Positions 51,150 through 60,286 of a stretch of DNA of 64,000 bases are shown here, piece by piece. Each line of letters begins with the position of its first letter. Position 1 is the stretch's first letter. The position numbers and the translations under genes are program-made. The notes beneath the pieces were generated by a model, which had not been told where the DNA came from, searched no databases, and was given only the letters and a program-made list of their open reading frames with translations. Where the stretch lies: the IMG/VR virus record IMGVR_UViG_3300045988_143605, positions 1-64,000 of that record; one strand, written 5' to 3'. Source of the stretch: a virus.

Positions 51150-52223
51150 ATGACACAACGAAACATCAACCTTACGTTGCCCCGCTCATGGAACGAGTGC
51201 AGCACCGAACAGTTGGAGCTTATCTCTCGCATCATGCTTGAACAGATACAGCGAGCCGACCGTTATCATCCCTTCGACATGCGCAATGTCAAGATAGCGT
51301 GCTTCTTTGTCCTGTCGGGCATAGAGATAGTGGAAGGCATAGACGAGTCGAAGCCTCTCGAAGAGCAACACTACACTTGCCGGCTCATCACCCCGAGCCG
51401 ACGCAACCGTTTCTTCCGTCGCAAACAGCAGGAAGAAGAAACCTTCCCCGTTTATCTATGGCAGCTCAACTATTGGCTCACGCCCAAGTCGAAGACCGAC
51501 GACCGCAATTCGGCTGAGTATCTTGCCTCTGGTACCGGACTGCTCGACTGGCTCGACAACGAGCGTGGTGCTCACCTCACTCGTTTTCCCTACCCCACCC
51601 TTCGCCTACGCAACAAACGTGGTCTGCTTCGTTGCAAGACCGACTATGAAGGTCCGGCGCAGGATATGGACGGTTTCTCATGGCAGCAATATCGCTTTGC
51701 CTCCGATCTCATGGGTCAATACACCTCGCTCGCCAACAACCTTGTCAAGATGAAGCAGATGGGCAAGTTCACACCTGAGCAAATAGCGCAGCAAGCCGAC
51801 AGCGTAGACCAGGCACGCTCTATGTTCCTCGCCACCATCTTTAACCGTCGTATCGACTTCATCGACACCAACATCAACTTGAAGGTGCACGATTTCCATT
51901 ACGACACCCGCCAGTTCGACACCCAATCCCCACTCTTCCGCCACTTCCTCGACCACCAATGGCAACCCATCCTCTTCTGGTGGGCCGGCATGATGCACAC
52001 CCTATCACGTCGTTATCCCCATGTGTTCAAGGTGCAGAATATCGGCCGCACGCAGCGACCCTCCACCCCACTTGAGATATATACCGCCACCATCGCCACC
52101 ATGCAGAAATACGCCTCGCTCACCGAAGACCAGGTGAACAACCAGTCGTATTCTCTCGTATTGGAGCATCTTGAGCGACTCTCGAAGGAGAATGAGGAAA
52201 TGGAGAAGATTAGGAAGAAGTAA
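51150..52223 (+). CDS. hypothetical protein (357 aa)
   Basis: Long ORF behind a late-class promoter. Confidence 0.55.
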   Translation: MTQRNINLTLPRSWNECSTEQLELISRIMLEQIQRADRYHPFDMRNVKIACFFVLSGIEIVEGIDESKPLEEQHYTCRLITPSRRNRFFRRKQQEEETFPVYLWQLNYWLTPKSKTDDRNSAEYLASGTGLLDWLDNERGAHLTRFPYPTLRLRNKRGLLRCKTDYEGPAQDMDGFSWQQYRFASDLMGQYTSLANNLVKMKQMGKFTPEQIAQQADSVDQARSMFLATIFNRRIDFIDTNINLKVHDFHYDTRQFDTQSPLFRHFLDHQWQPILFWWAGMMHTLSRRYPHVFKVQNIGRTQRPSTPLEIYTATIATMQKYASLTEDQVNNQSYSLVLEHLERLSKENEEMEKIRKK

Positions 52224-52248
52224 TAAAGTATTAACAGAAATATAGAGT

Positions 52249-52902
52249 ATGAAGAAGATTATGTTTAATGACAAGTATGGCCTGACAAAGGCGGTATTTG
52301 ATGGAAGAAAGACTCAGACAAGACGTATTCTGAATCCTACAATGCTTTTCGAGCGTTTGGAAACATACGAAGGTTGGACAAAAGAATCTATTGCTGATTG
52401 GAAGGAATCTTGTAAAGACCGACTTTACAAAGCAGATGGTGAAGAACTGAAAAAAATGCTTGATTACGCCTTGGAACATTCACTATACAAGGTTGGAGAA
52501 AATGTAGCTATTGCTCAGAAATATGAAGATCTGAAAAAGAACGATGAATTTCTCTGTCTTTGTGGAAAAAACGGAATGCCTTTTGGGCGCATCATATACG
52601 AGAAAGGATGCTTCAATAAGATGTTTGTCCGTGCGGACTTTATGCCACATCATATCTACATTACTCGCATCCGCGTAGAACGTCTGCAAGACATTAGCAA
52701 TGGAGACTGCCTGAAAGAAGGCATTTGGCGTGGCGACAACGTAGGGCTTGAAGGTACGACATATTGGTATCATGGTCTTGTTAATTCCTCGTTCCGCACC
52801 CCGCAGAAGGCCTACGCCTTCCTTATCGACCACATTTCTGGCAAAGGTACTTGGGTAAACAATCCTTATGTATTTGTTTATGATTTTGAACTAATAGATT
52901 AG
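52249..52902 (+). CDS. ASCH/PUA-like domain protein
   Basis: N-terminus MFNDKYGLTKAVFDGRKTQTRRIL fits the ASCH beta1-beta2 pattern. Confidence 0.55.
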   Translation: MKKIMFNDKYGLTKAVFDGRKTQTRRILNPTMLFERLETYEGWTKESIADWKESCKDRLYKADGEELKKMLDYALEHSLYKVGENVAIAQKYEDLKKNDEFLCLCGKNGMPFGRIIYEKGCFNKMFVRADFMPHHIYITRIRVERLQDISNGDCLKEGIWRGDNVGLEGTTYWYHGLVNSSFRTPQKAYAFLIDHISGKGTWVNNPYVFVYDFELID

Positions 52903-52905
52903 CTT

Positions 52906-53226
52906 ATGTATATAAAGATAAACCGTCGCAGCCGTCCCAACTGCATCGTAATGGTCTGTCAGGACCGCAGGACAAAGAAATGGTGTTTCGTAAACCTTTC
53001 CTCTGAGCACGTCTGCACTTGTCGCTTCGACACCATTGATGATGCTATAGCCGACCTGAACAAGAGAGCGGAAGTAGCGAGTTACTCCTTAATCGAAAAT
53101 CCCTTTGTCTATGAACAGATGGTGCCTCTTCATGGCGCGTGCTTATCTGACGTCGTAGGAAAATTCCGAAAGAATAAGGATTTTATGAAACGATTGTTAG
53201 GCACAGAAGAAGACGAGAAACAGTGA
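52906..53226 (+). CDS. hypothetical protein (106 aa)
   Basis: ORF in the same orientation as its neighbours. Confidence 0.45.
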   Translation: MYIKINRRSRPNCIVMVCQDRRTKKWCFVNLSSEHVCTCRFDTIDDAIADLNKRAEVASYSLIENPFVYEQMVPLHGACLSDVVGKFRKNKDFMKRLLGTEEDEKQ

Positions 53227-53255
53227 GTCGTAATATATTAATGAAAATATAGAGT

Positions 53256-54431
53256 ATGAAGAACGTAAATATTTTTGCAAAGATCATCGATGCGGAAGCA
53301 ATGAATCAGATAGAAAACATGGCAACGAGCGAGGCATACCGAGACTGCAAGATTTGTATCATGCCCGATTGTCATGCCGGCAAGGGATGCACCGTAGGTA
53401 CTGTGATTGAAACCCGTGGCAAGGTGGTGCCTAATACCGTAGGCGTGGATATAGGCTGTGGTATGTTGGTATTCAAGTTCGCTGAGAAGGATATAAACCT
53501 TTCGCTTCTCGACCGAATCATCAATGAGTCGGTGCCGAGCGGATTTGACGTTCATGAAAAGTCCAAGTTAAAAGATTGGAGTCCGCTTACGTCACATCTT
53601 TTGCTCGATTTGCACGAAAAGACACAAGGTTGCTTCGACCCCGACTATATCGGACGCTCGCTTGGCACCCTCGGCGGCGGCAATCACTTTATCGAGCTTG
53701 ACGAGGACGAGCAGGGTTATAAGTATCTTGTGATACATTCGGGCAGTCGTAATCTCGGAGTTAAGGTGTGCAACTTTTTCCAACACTTAGCCAAGAAGAA
53801 TGTGAATCGAAACGAGGAGCGCAAGCGCATCATCGAAGACTTAAAGAAGTACGGCTTAGAGAGGGAGATTAACAATACGTTGCGTCGTTTGGGCACCGTG
53901 CCTCCCGACCTCGCCTATCTTGAAGGCGAAGACCTCGATGCCTATATTTTCGCAGCGAACGTCTGTCGGTGTTTTGCCGACGACAACAGATGGAATATAG
54001 CAATGACTATCATCCATGGACTTCATTTACCGTTCGTGGATTTCTTTACCACCAGGCATAACTACCTCGACATACACTCAGGCATCATCCGAAAAGGAGC
54101 CGTGCGTGCCGAAAATGGCGAACAGCTTATCATCCCACTTAATATGCGCGACGGTTCGTTGATATGTCGCGGCAAGGGCAACGACGACTGGCTTCAGTCC
54201 GCTCCCCACGGTGCAGGCAGACTAATGTCGCGCTCGGCGGCCAAGAAGCTGCTCAGCATGGAGGAATACCGACAGCAGATGCAGGACATTTACTCCACAT
54301 CGGTATGCGAGTCAACAATCGACGAGTCGCCAATGGCGTACAAGCCTGCCGAAGAGATAGAATCGCTTATAGCCGACACTGTGGACGTGGTGAGGAGAAT
54401 TAAACCGATATACAACTTCAAAGCGAAATAA
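53256..54431 (+). CDS. rtcB: RtcB-family RNA 3'-phosphate ligase
   Basis: MPDCHAGKG, GGGNHFIELD, HSGSRNLG and APHGAGR motifs in canonical order. 391 aa. Confidence 0.9.
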   Translation: MKNVNIFAKIIDAEAMNQIENMATSEAYRDCKICIMPDCHAGKGCTVGTVIETRGKVVPNTVGVDIGCGMLVFKFAEKDINLSLLDRIINESVPSGFDVHEKSKLKDWSPLTSHLLLDLHEKTQGCFDPDYIGRSLGTLGGGNHFIELDEDEQGYKYLVIHSGSRNLGVKVCNFFQHLAKKNVNRNEERKRIIEDLKKYGLEREINNTLRRLGTVPPDLAYLEGEDLDAYIFAANVCRCFADDNRWNIAMTIIHGLHLPFVDFFTTRHNYLDIHSGIIRKGAVRAENGEQLIIPLNMRDGSLICRGKGNDDWLQSAPHGAGRLMSRSAAKKLLSMEEYRQQMQDIYSTSVCESTIDESPMAYKPAEEIESLIADTVDVVRRIKPIYNFKAK

Positions 54432-54481
54432 TACAACAATATACTGTGTTATCGTAAGTATTCACGAAAATATAGAGAACA

Positions 54482-54961
54482 ATGAGAACAATTAAGTTTA
54501 AGGCTAAATGCCTTGATAATCAAGAATGGACTTGTGGATTCTTCTACAAGGAGAATGGTAACACATACATTATCGAGGATAGACAAAAGGAAAGTATGTT
54601 GAATAGAAACATCCCCTACAAGGTTGACCCCGCTACCGTATGCCAGTTCACCGGCTTCCTTGACAAGAACGGCAAGGAGATTTATGAAGGCGACGTGTTG
54701 CGGTCCGACACCTATCCGTTCAGTTGTATCGAATACAACGTGTATGACAATTATTATGGCACGATAGGCTGGAGCGAGGAAGAGGCATTATTCTATATCG
54801 TGGCTATCAAGAACCCTAAGTCTTCCGTCAGAGCCATTTCCGACGGCATCAGCGATTCTTTTTCGCAAAAGATGATGCAAGACTTTGAGGTTGTGGGCAG
54901 CGTTCATGATAAGGAATGGCAGGAGAAGTTGAACTATAATCCCTACGAAGAGGAGGAATAG
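54482..54961 (+). CDS. YopX-family protein
   Basis: IKFKAKCLDN...VCQFTGFLDKNGKEIYEGDVL is the characteristic YopX pattern. Confidence 0.7.
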   Translation: MRTIKFKAKCLDNQEWTCGFFYKENGNTYIIEDRQKESMLNRNIPYKVDPATVCQFTGFLDKNGKEIYEGDVLRSDTYPFSCIEYNVYDNYYGTIGWSEEEALFYIVAIKNPKSSVRAISDGISDSFSQKMMQDFEVVGSVHDKEWQEKLNYNPYEEEE

Positions 54962-54964
54962 AGT

Positions 54965-55536
54965 ATGAAGATTAAAAACAGGGATTTGTTAAGAAAATAT
55001 GTCCTCTATGAAAGAGGCATTTGGGAGAAACCTCGCAATTTCCCTTTACTGTTGGATATGGCAAAGCGTCGCATAGGATGGAGGATCGACGTGCTTCACT
55101 GCTGCTACAACTACAAAGATATTGCTTCGTCAGACAGCAAGGTATCTCTTGAGTATTGCAACCCGAAGGTGTTCCACTTTCCGAAAAAGCGGCGTGTGCC
55201 TCCTGAAGTTTTTGACCCCGGATGGGCGCTACCTGATAAATATCGTGTTGTAAGGAAGAAAAACAATCGGTATAAGGTCGTCTTGAACAAACAAAAACCT
55301 TTTCCCACCGGAGGTAGAACCCTGACTGTGATCCCAAGAGAGGCTATATCCGTGAGATTGGCGACAAGGTGTGGTTTCATCCGGATTATATGGATCTTGG
55401 CTGTGATTACTGTGCTGATTTAGGGACTTGCCTTAATGGTCGCCACGACAAGAGCTTTTGTGCGGTGACCACAAGGAGGGAACAGGCAATATCATTCATG
55501 GCACAAGCTCAAAAATCAAAGCACCAGCAATATTGA
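54965..55536 (+). pseudogene. frameshifted ORF
   Basis: The zero frame (54965..55423) turns hydrophobic and odd after ...TVIPRE. A second frame is open from 55318 and reads protein-like from about 55342: GYIREIGDKVWFHPDYMDLGCDYCADLGTCLNGRHDKSFCAVTTRREQAISFMAQAQKSKHQQY. It has no own start. The junction is at GG 55342-55343. Confidence 0.4.
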
Positions 55537-55726
55537 TAGAATATGACTGACAAGTATTACATCGGATGGGTACGCAGCGGCAAGGAGGGCAAGGGCCTTG
55601 TAAAGTACCGACCGCGCAAGCGGATAGCCAATGCCGTGACGACAATGGTCGGGTGGGGGGATTGCCGACCCTCGCGACGGACTGGGCATCACTACACCGC
55701 ATATAGTATATAAATTTGAATAAGAT

Positions 55727-55897
55727 ATGAAACTAAGAATTATTCCAATGGAAGCCTATGACGGTTGCATCCCCGTGACCGTCTATAGGGTTCAGAGATA
55801 TGACGAAGGCTGTATCTTCGGCAAATGGGTAAACATCAAAGGGTTTTCCGACAAGAAAAAGGCAGTGGCACTAATGTCGCTGTTGTATAATATGTAA
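55727..55897 (+). CDS. hypothetical small protein (56 aa, below the ORF-track cutoff)
   Basis: Hand-translated as MKLRIIPMEAYDGCIPVTVYRVQRYDEGCIFGKWVNIKGFSDKKKAVALMSLLYNM. Confidence 0.3.
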   Translation: MKLRIIPMEAYDGCIPVTVYRVQRYDEGCIFGKWVNIKGFSDKKKAVALMSLLYNM

Positions 55898-55915
55898 TAA
55901 AAAACAATAGAGACA

Positions 55916-56716
55916 ATGAAAACAGAAGAAATCAGGCTTGGCGACATTCTTTACGACGAAGAGCGAAAGATGTTGGTAAAAAAGGCGCGAGTAGATGAAG
56001 ACGGAGTAGTGAAATATTCGGCAGACACCGACAGGCAAAGAATATTCAAGACAGTACCTCCACCTTCTCGCGTAGGCACACGCACAGCCGATGCCTCCAT
56101 CCCAGCTACTGACGAGCAGTGCAAGTATATGAAAAGAGAGTTGGCTGTGTGTGAGTATGTAAACTTACCTAAAGACAACCGCATGGAGGCACTTGCCAAC
56201 ATCATCGCCGACCTGAAGACAGAGAACGTGGAGTTGGAGCAGCGTGTGCATCAGCTCGTGGACGACTACAACGACGTGGCTCGTAAGTTGCGTGGAATGG
56301 AGAAGCGCAAGGGCGTAGACCATGCAAAGCAGACGTTCGGCGATATGATCAAGATGCGCGACCATTGCGACATATTGGAAAAGGACAATGAACAGTTAAA
56401 ACGACAATGTGCTCAGCTTCATACTGAACGTAATGAAGCAACAAAACATGCTGATGAGTGTGAGCTTCAAAAAAAAGAATTGTTTAAGCTTATAGCTCGT
56501 TTTGAAAAATCGGAGTTTTTGAAGATAGGAGACGCTTGCACCCACCGAACTTTTTCGCCAGGTGGTAATCCTGTAAAGATCGGTTCTGGGATATGCAATA
56601 GTTGTCGGCACCTTATCAAAGTGGACGTGTCCGGCAGAAAGTGTGTGTTGTGTGCGTGGTGTTATGATAACACGAAAGCCGAGGAAGCACAAGAATGTAA
56701 GAACACCGATGACTGA
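55916..56716 (+). CDS. coiled-coil protein with C-terminal Cys motifs (266 aa)
   Basis: Central heptad-rich region. C-terminal CNSCRH...CVLCAWC. Confidence 0.5.
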   Translation: MKTEEIRLGDILYDEERKMLVKKARVDEDGVVKYSADTDRQRIFKTVPPPSRVGTRTADASIPATDEQCKYMKRELAVCEYVNLPKDNRMEALANIIADLKTENVELEQRVHQLVDDYNDVARKLRGMEKRKGVDHAKQTFGDMIKMRDHCDILEKDNEQLKRQCAQLHTERNEATKHADECELQKKELFKLIARFEKSEFLKIGDACTHRTFSPGGNPVKIGSGICNSCRHLIKVDVSGRKCVLCAWCYDNTKAEEAQECKNTDD

Positions 56717-57077
56717 CACCACACGCACCTTCGTAGTCGGCATGATGCAGACACCTCCATACGACCGTATGTTTGAGCAGCACTATGGCAGCATACAGGT
56801 GTTTATTCCTCACCGTGCCGAAGACAGACCTTTGGATGGCGAGGCAGACGCTCTCATCTACTCGCTGTGGGTGGGCGAACGTCACCGTGGCCGTGAGGTG
56901 GCAAAGCACCTGATGGAGACAGCCGAAATGGAACTGAAGCGTTGCAGTATAGCGACCGTCGCAATATCGTGGGACGGACGCGACTCTCCCCCGTGGGTGT
57001 TGCAATGGTATAAAAGGTTGGGCTACGAAGAAAAGGCGTTCGACTATCGATGCTGCACGCTCCTCAAACGGCTGTAA
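56709..57077 (+). CDS. GNAT-family acetyltransferase-like protein
   Basis: Internal ATG overlapping the previous stop. LWVGERHRGREVAKHLMETAE...VLQWYKRLGYEE resembles GNAT motif A and the following helix. Confidence 0.45.
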   Translation: MTDTTRTFVVGMMQTPPYDRMFEQHYGSIQVFIPHRAEDRPLDGEADALIYSLWVGERHRGREVAKHLMETAEMELKRCSIATVAISWDGRDSPPWVLQWYKRLGYEEKAFDYRCCTLLKRL

Positions 57078-57238
57078 CCCGAAGAAACTCATCCCGAAAG
57101 CCAAGGGACCGTACTCAGTGTGCCGCATGTCGCCACTCCGTCCAACATATCTAACGGGCTCTGGTGCAGACAAGCGAGAAGAAGGAAAACTCATACCACT
57201 GCACATCTTTTTTATTAACGGATTTATAGAGTAAAAAA

Positions 57239-57898
57239 ATGGAACTATTATTATTGAGTTCGCCTGAAATATTTGTTTCGTTTCAAACACTATTGGGCGT
57301 GATAGTCTTTGTCATTTTTGTTATTTTCCTTGTGGGGATGTGGCGCGAGTGTAAACTTGCCAAGCTACTGAAGAAATCTCCAAGTGTCGAGCATACTGAG
57401 AACGATAAAAATGCCGAGTTTGTTTTTTCAAGTGACCACCTCACACCGATGGAAAGGCGTGAAGAATTGCTCAACAACATCGAGGACGGACGGTTTTATG
57501 TAGTCTCGTCGCTCCGCAACTCTGACACAACCATTGTATGCGTAAAGCGGTATGATGCCGAAGAACAAAGGCTCTATTGCTATGCTTACCTCTGGATTAG
57601 CGGACGTGGTGTGTATAATCTGCACGTCATAGACCCTCGCGGCATATTTAAGTTTCGCGATTTTCTTGGCCACAAGTTCCTGCGCATCGACTTTGACCGC
57701 AACCCTCATCTCATTATCTTTGAAGAAGAAAACATTTCACCATACCTCACAGAGAGAGATTACAACGACATCGTGCAGAGCTTGCAAAAGGCTGGGATCG
57801 ACTGGAATATTGAGAAGAGTGAAGAGAATATACTGGGCTCTTACAAATATCTCTTGAAAGTAAATAAGAACAAAATAATAAATACAACTAACAAATGA
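57239..57898 (+). CDS. N-terminally membrane-anchored protein (219 aa)
   Basis: TM segment LLGVIVFVIFVIFLVGMW. The stop overlaps the next start (ATGA). Confidence 0.5.
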   Translation: MELLLLSSPEIFVSFQTLLGVIVFVIFVIFLVGMWRECKLAKLLKKSPSVEHTENDKNAEFVFSSDHLTPMERREELLNNIEDGRFYVVSSLRNSDTTIVCVKRYDAEEQRLYCYAYLWISGRGVYNLHVIDPRGIFKFRDFLGHKFLRIDFDRNPHLIIFEEENISPYLTERDYNDIVQSLQKAGIDWNIEKSEENILGSYKYLLKVNKNKIINTTNK

Positions 57899-58446
57899 AA
57901 ACAAAAAACATTATTACGGCATCCATCCTGCTTGTGGTTGCCATTGTTATCGGCTCGCTGGTAGCCACCTACTTTAGTTACAACAACCGCGAGATTGCCC
58001 TTCGCCAACAGGCAGAAGCGCAGCGCGGAAAGATTGAGGGCGTACACGACAAGATGTGGAAAATCATTCAGCAGAAGGCTCAGGTTACGGACGAGTACAA
58101 GCAGACCTTTGAGAAGATTTATCCGCAGCTTATTGCCGGACGCTATCAGAACGACCAGGGCACGATGATGAAGTGGATAAAGGAGAGCAACCCCAACTTC
58201 GATGTATCGCTCTACCGCGACCTCATGCAGGCCATTGAGATACAGCGCACCGAGTTTCAGATCTCTCAGGAACGTATGCTTGACATCATCCGCGAACACG
58301 AAACGCTTACTCGCACCTACCCTGCCCGATGGTTTGTGTCGAACACCATGCCTATCGAGTATAAGGTTATTTCGTCGTCGCGCTCCAAGGAAGTGATGAC
58401 GGAAGGCGAGGACAACGATGTGGATCTGTTCGGCAAGAAAGAGTAA
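57895..58446 (+). CDS. LemA-family membrane protein
   Basis: N-terminal TM ASILLVVAIVIGSLVATYF followed by a LemA-like helical region (YNNREIALRQQAEAQRGKIEGVHDKMWKII...). Confidence 0.6.
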   Translation: MKTKNIITASILLVVAIVIGSLVATYFSYNNREIALRQQAEAQRGKIEGVHDKMWKIIQQKAQVTDEYKQTFEKIYPQLIAGRYQNDQGTMMKWIKESNPNFDVSLYRDLMQAIEIQRTEFQISQERMLDIIREHETLTRTYPARWFVSNTMPIEYKVISSSRSKEVMTEGEDNDVDLFGKKE

Positions 58447-58452
58447 AGGCGT

Positions 58453-59550
58453 ATGGAACTACTCGTTTTTTTCATCCCCTTCTTTGTGTCGGCTGTGTTG
58501 CTACTGTTCTTCCGCAAGCAAACAACATGGTGGGAACATGCCATACTTATCATCCCCTCGCTCCTTGTGGGCGCAGCGATGATATGGGCGTTTGAGCGCG
58601 TAGAGTCGAGCGACACAGAATATCTGGGCAGCTACGTTACGAAGATACGCTATTATGAGCCGTGGAATGAACTTCAAAGAAGGACGCAGACCTATAGGGA
58701 CTCTAAGGGGCATAGCCACACCCAAACCTACTATGTCACTGTAAACCATCCCGAACGTTGGACCTATTACGACCATTCGGGACGTGAGCGAAAGTGTTCC
58801 AATGAAGACTTTTCGGCTATGAAGCGTCGCTTGTCGGTGGCTTCGGTGTTCGTGGATATGCACCGCCACTATTACACTCGTGATGGCGATGCGTATGAAT
58901 ACCGATGGAACGGTCAACCCGCTACGCTCTATTCCGTTACCCGTGAACATGAATACGAGAACAAGGTGAAGGCTTCGCGCTCGGTGTTCAAGTTTGAGGA
59001 CATCCGCGAGAAGGAGGCTCGCCGACTTGGTTTGCACGACTATCCCAAGATACGTTTTTGCGACCAGTCGCCTATCATCGGAGCAAAGTTCTCTGCCCGT
59101 CAGGAACGATCCATCCGCGTGCTCAACGCTCGATACGGACCGAAAAAGGAGTTTCGCCTTTATCTGCTTTTCTATCGCAACAAGCCGCTATCCATTGCCG
59201 ACCGACAACGCTCCTACTGGCAGGGTGGCAACAAAAACGAGCTTGTGGTGTGCGTAGGTCTTGACAGCCGTAACCGCGTGGTGTGGAGCGATGCCTTCTC
59301 GTGGTGTGACTCGCCCGTGCTTGCCGTGAAGAGTCGCGACTGGTTTACGTCGCACCGACTTGACCTCTGCGCCTTCGCCTCGTACATCGAACCGATTGTG
59401 CAGAAAGAGTGGAAACGAAAGGAGTTTTCCGACTTCAAGTATCTTTCGGTAGAACTGAGCAATAAGGAGTATTGGGCCATCATTATCATCATGCTCTTGC
59501 TCAACATCGGATTGAGCGTATGGGTAGTAACCAACAATTATAAAAATTAG
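58453..59550 (+). CDS. multi-pass membrane protein (365 aa)
   Basis: Two N-terminal TMs and one C-terminal TM (YWAIIIIMLLLNIGLSVWVV) around a ~270-aa soluble domain. Confidence 0.55.
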   Translation: MELLVFFIPFFVSAVLLLFFRKQTTWWEHAILIIPSLLVGAAMIWAFERVESSDTEYLGSYVTKIRYYEPWNELQRRTQTYRDSKGHSHTQTYYVTVNHPERWTYYDHSGRERKCSNEDFSAMKRRLSVASVFVDMHRHYYTRDGDAYEYRWNGQPATLYSVTREHEYENKVKASRSVFKFEDIREKEARRLGLHDYPKIRFCDQSPIIGAKFSARQERSIRVLNARYGPKKEFRLYLLFYRNKPLSIADRQRSYWQGGNKNELVVCVGLDSRNRVVWSDAFSWCDSPVLAVKSRDWFTSHRLDLCAFASYIEPIVQKEWKRKEFSDFKYLSVELSNKEYWAIIIIMLLLNIGLSVWVVTNNYKN

Positions 59551-59567
59551 TATAAACAATAACAATT

Positions 59568-59963
59568 ATGATAGCAACAACTATGGATTTTCTAATCCTT
59601 ATCCTCACTCTTCTTCTTTCCGTCGTCCTCTTCATGCTTTTCGTCTGTTGGGCTAAAAAGTGCAGCGACAAGCGCAAGGAGAAGTTTTTCGATGAAATTT
59701 TTGACAAGGTTTCCGACTTCGTTACGTCTCACCTCTCTGTTTCTGTAGAGAAGTGCAAGACTGGTCCTTGGTATCTCGTGGTCTACACCATGGAGTGCAA
59801 AATCCCGATGTGGATTTCACACAGCAACATCCGAAGCGTACATCCTGACCCGAAGAACCGCAAGCTCATTATCAAGCTGTTCAACGGTGAGGACATGGTG
59901 ATAGACGACGTAGAGAGCTATGAACTCCAGGCTGGCAACGAAATGCTTCATTACCTCTTTTAG
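59568..59963 (+). CDS. N-terminally membrane-anchored protein (131 aa)
   Basis: TM segment FLILILTLLLSVVLFMLFVCW. Confidence 0.5.
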   Translation: MIATTMDFLILILTLLLSVVLFMLFVCWAKKCSDKRKEKFFDEIFDKVSDFVTSHLSVSVEKCKTGPWYLVVYTMECKIPMWISHSNIRSVHPDPKNRKLIIKLFNGEDMVIDDVESYELQAGNEMLHYLF

Positions 59964-60213
59964 TAACGATATGCTCGCTGTGGCATAATACAGCAAAAGA
60001 TTAAGTGTGAAAATGTATGTTTAGACTGCGTGGCTCGCGTGGTCTTCCCAGAACAGCCCCGGCACCCCGAACTTTCCAATTACTTGGGTGTGGGCAAATG
60101 GAAGACAGCGACCCCGCAGTCTTTTTTTGTTTTCGGCCAACGGATAACACGAAGCACACGGATTTTTATCTTCGTGAAATTCGTGTAATCTGTTGCCTCT
60201 CCCCTCCCCGAGC

Positions 60214-60249
60214 ATGTCCGCCCCTTCTCCCCGTCTTTCACTATATTTG
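60214..60249 (+). promoter_or_regulatory. late-class promoter ATGTCCGC-N20-TAtaTTTG
   Basis: ATGTCCGC at 60214-60221 and TATATTTG at 60242-60249, gap 20 nt. ATG at 60287. Confidence 0.55.
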
Positions 60250-60286
60250 CATCATAAAACATTCAACAAAACTCATATTCAACACT

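Noticed and set aside
55543-55713. A small ORF (MTDKYYIGWVRSGKEGKGLVKYRPRKRIANAVTTMVGWG...) might be a fragment of a C5-cytosine methyltransferase target-recognition domain, with a G6-tract frameshift.
   Set aside because: The resemblance rests on a few residues (ANAVTT, GG...PTL after a shift). No catalytic MTase motifs are nearby, so this is not supportable from sequence alone.
60017-60286. The N-terminal 90-codon extension of the portal ORF (start at 60017).
   Set aside because: The extension translates to Arg/Pro/Cys-rich nonsense. It would also bury the ATTCGTGWAA repeats and the ATGTCCGC-N20-TATATTTG promoter. ATG 60287 follows that promoter.
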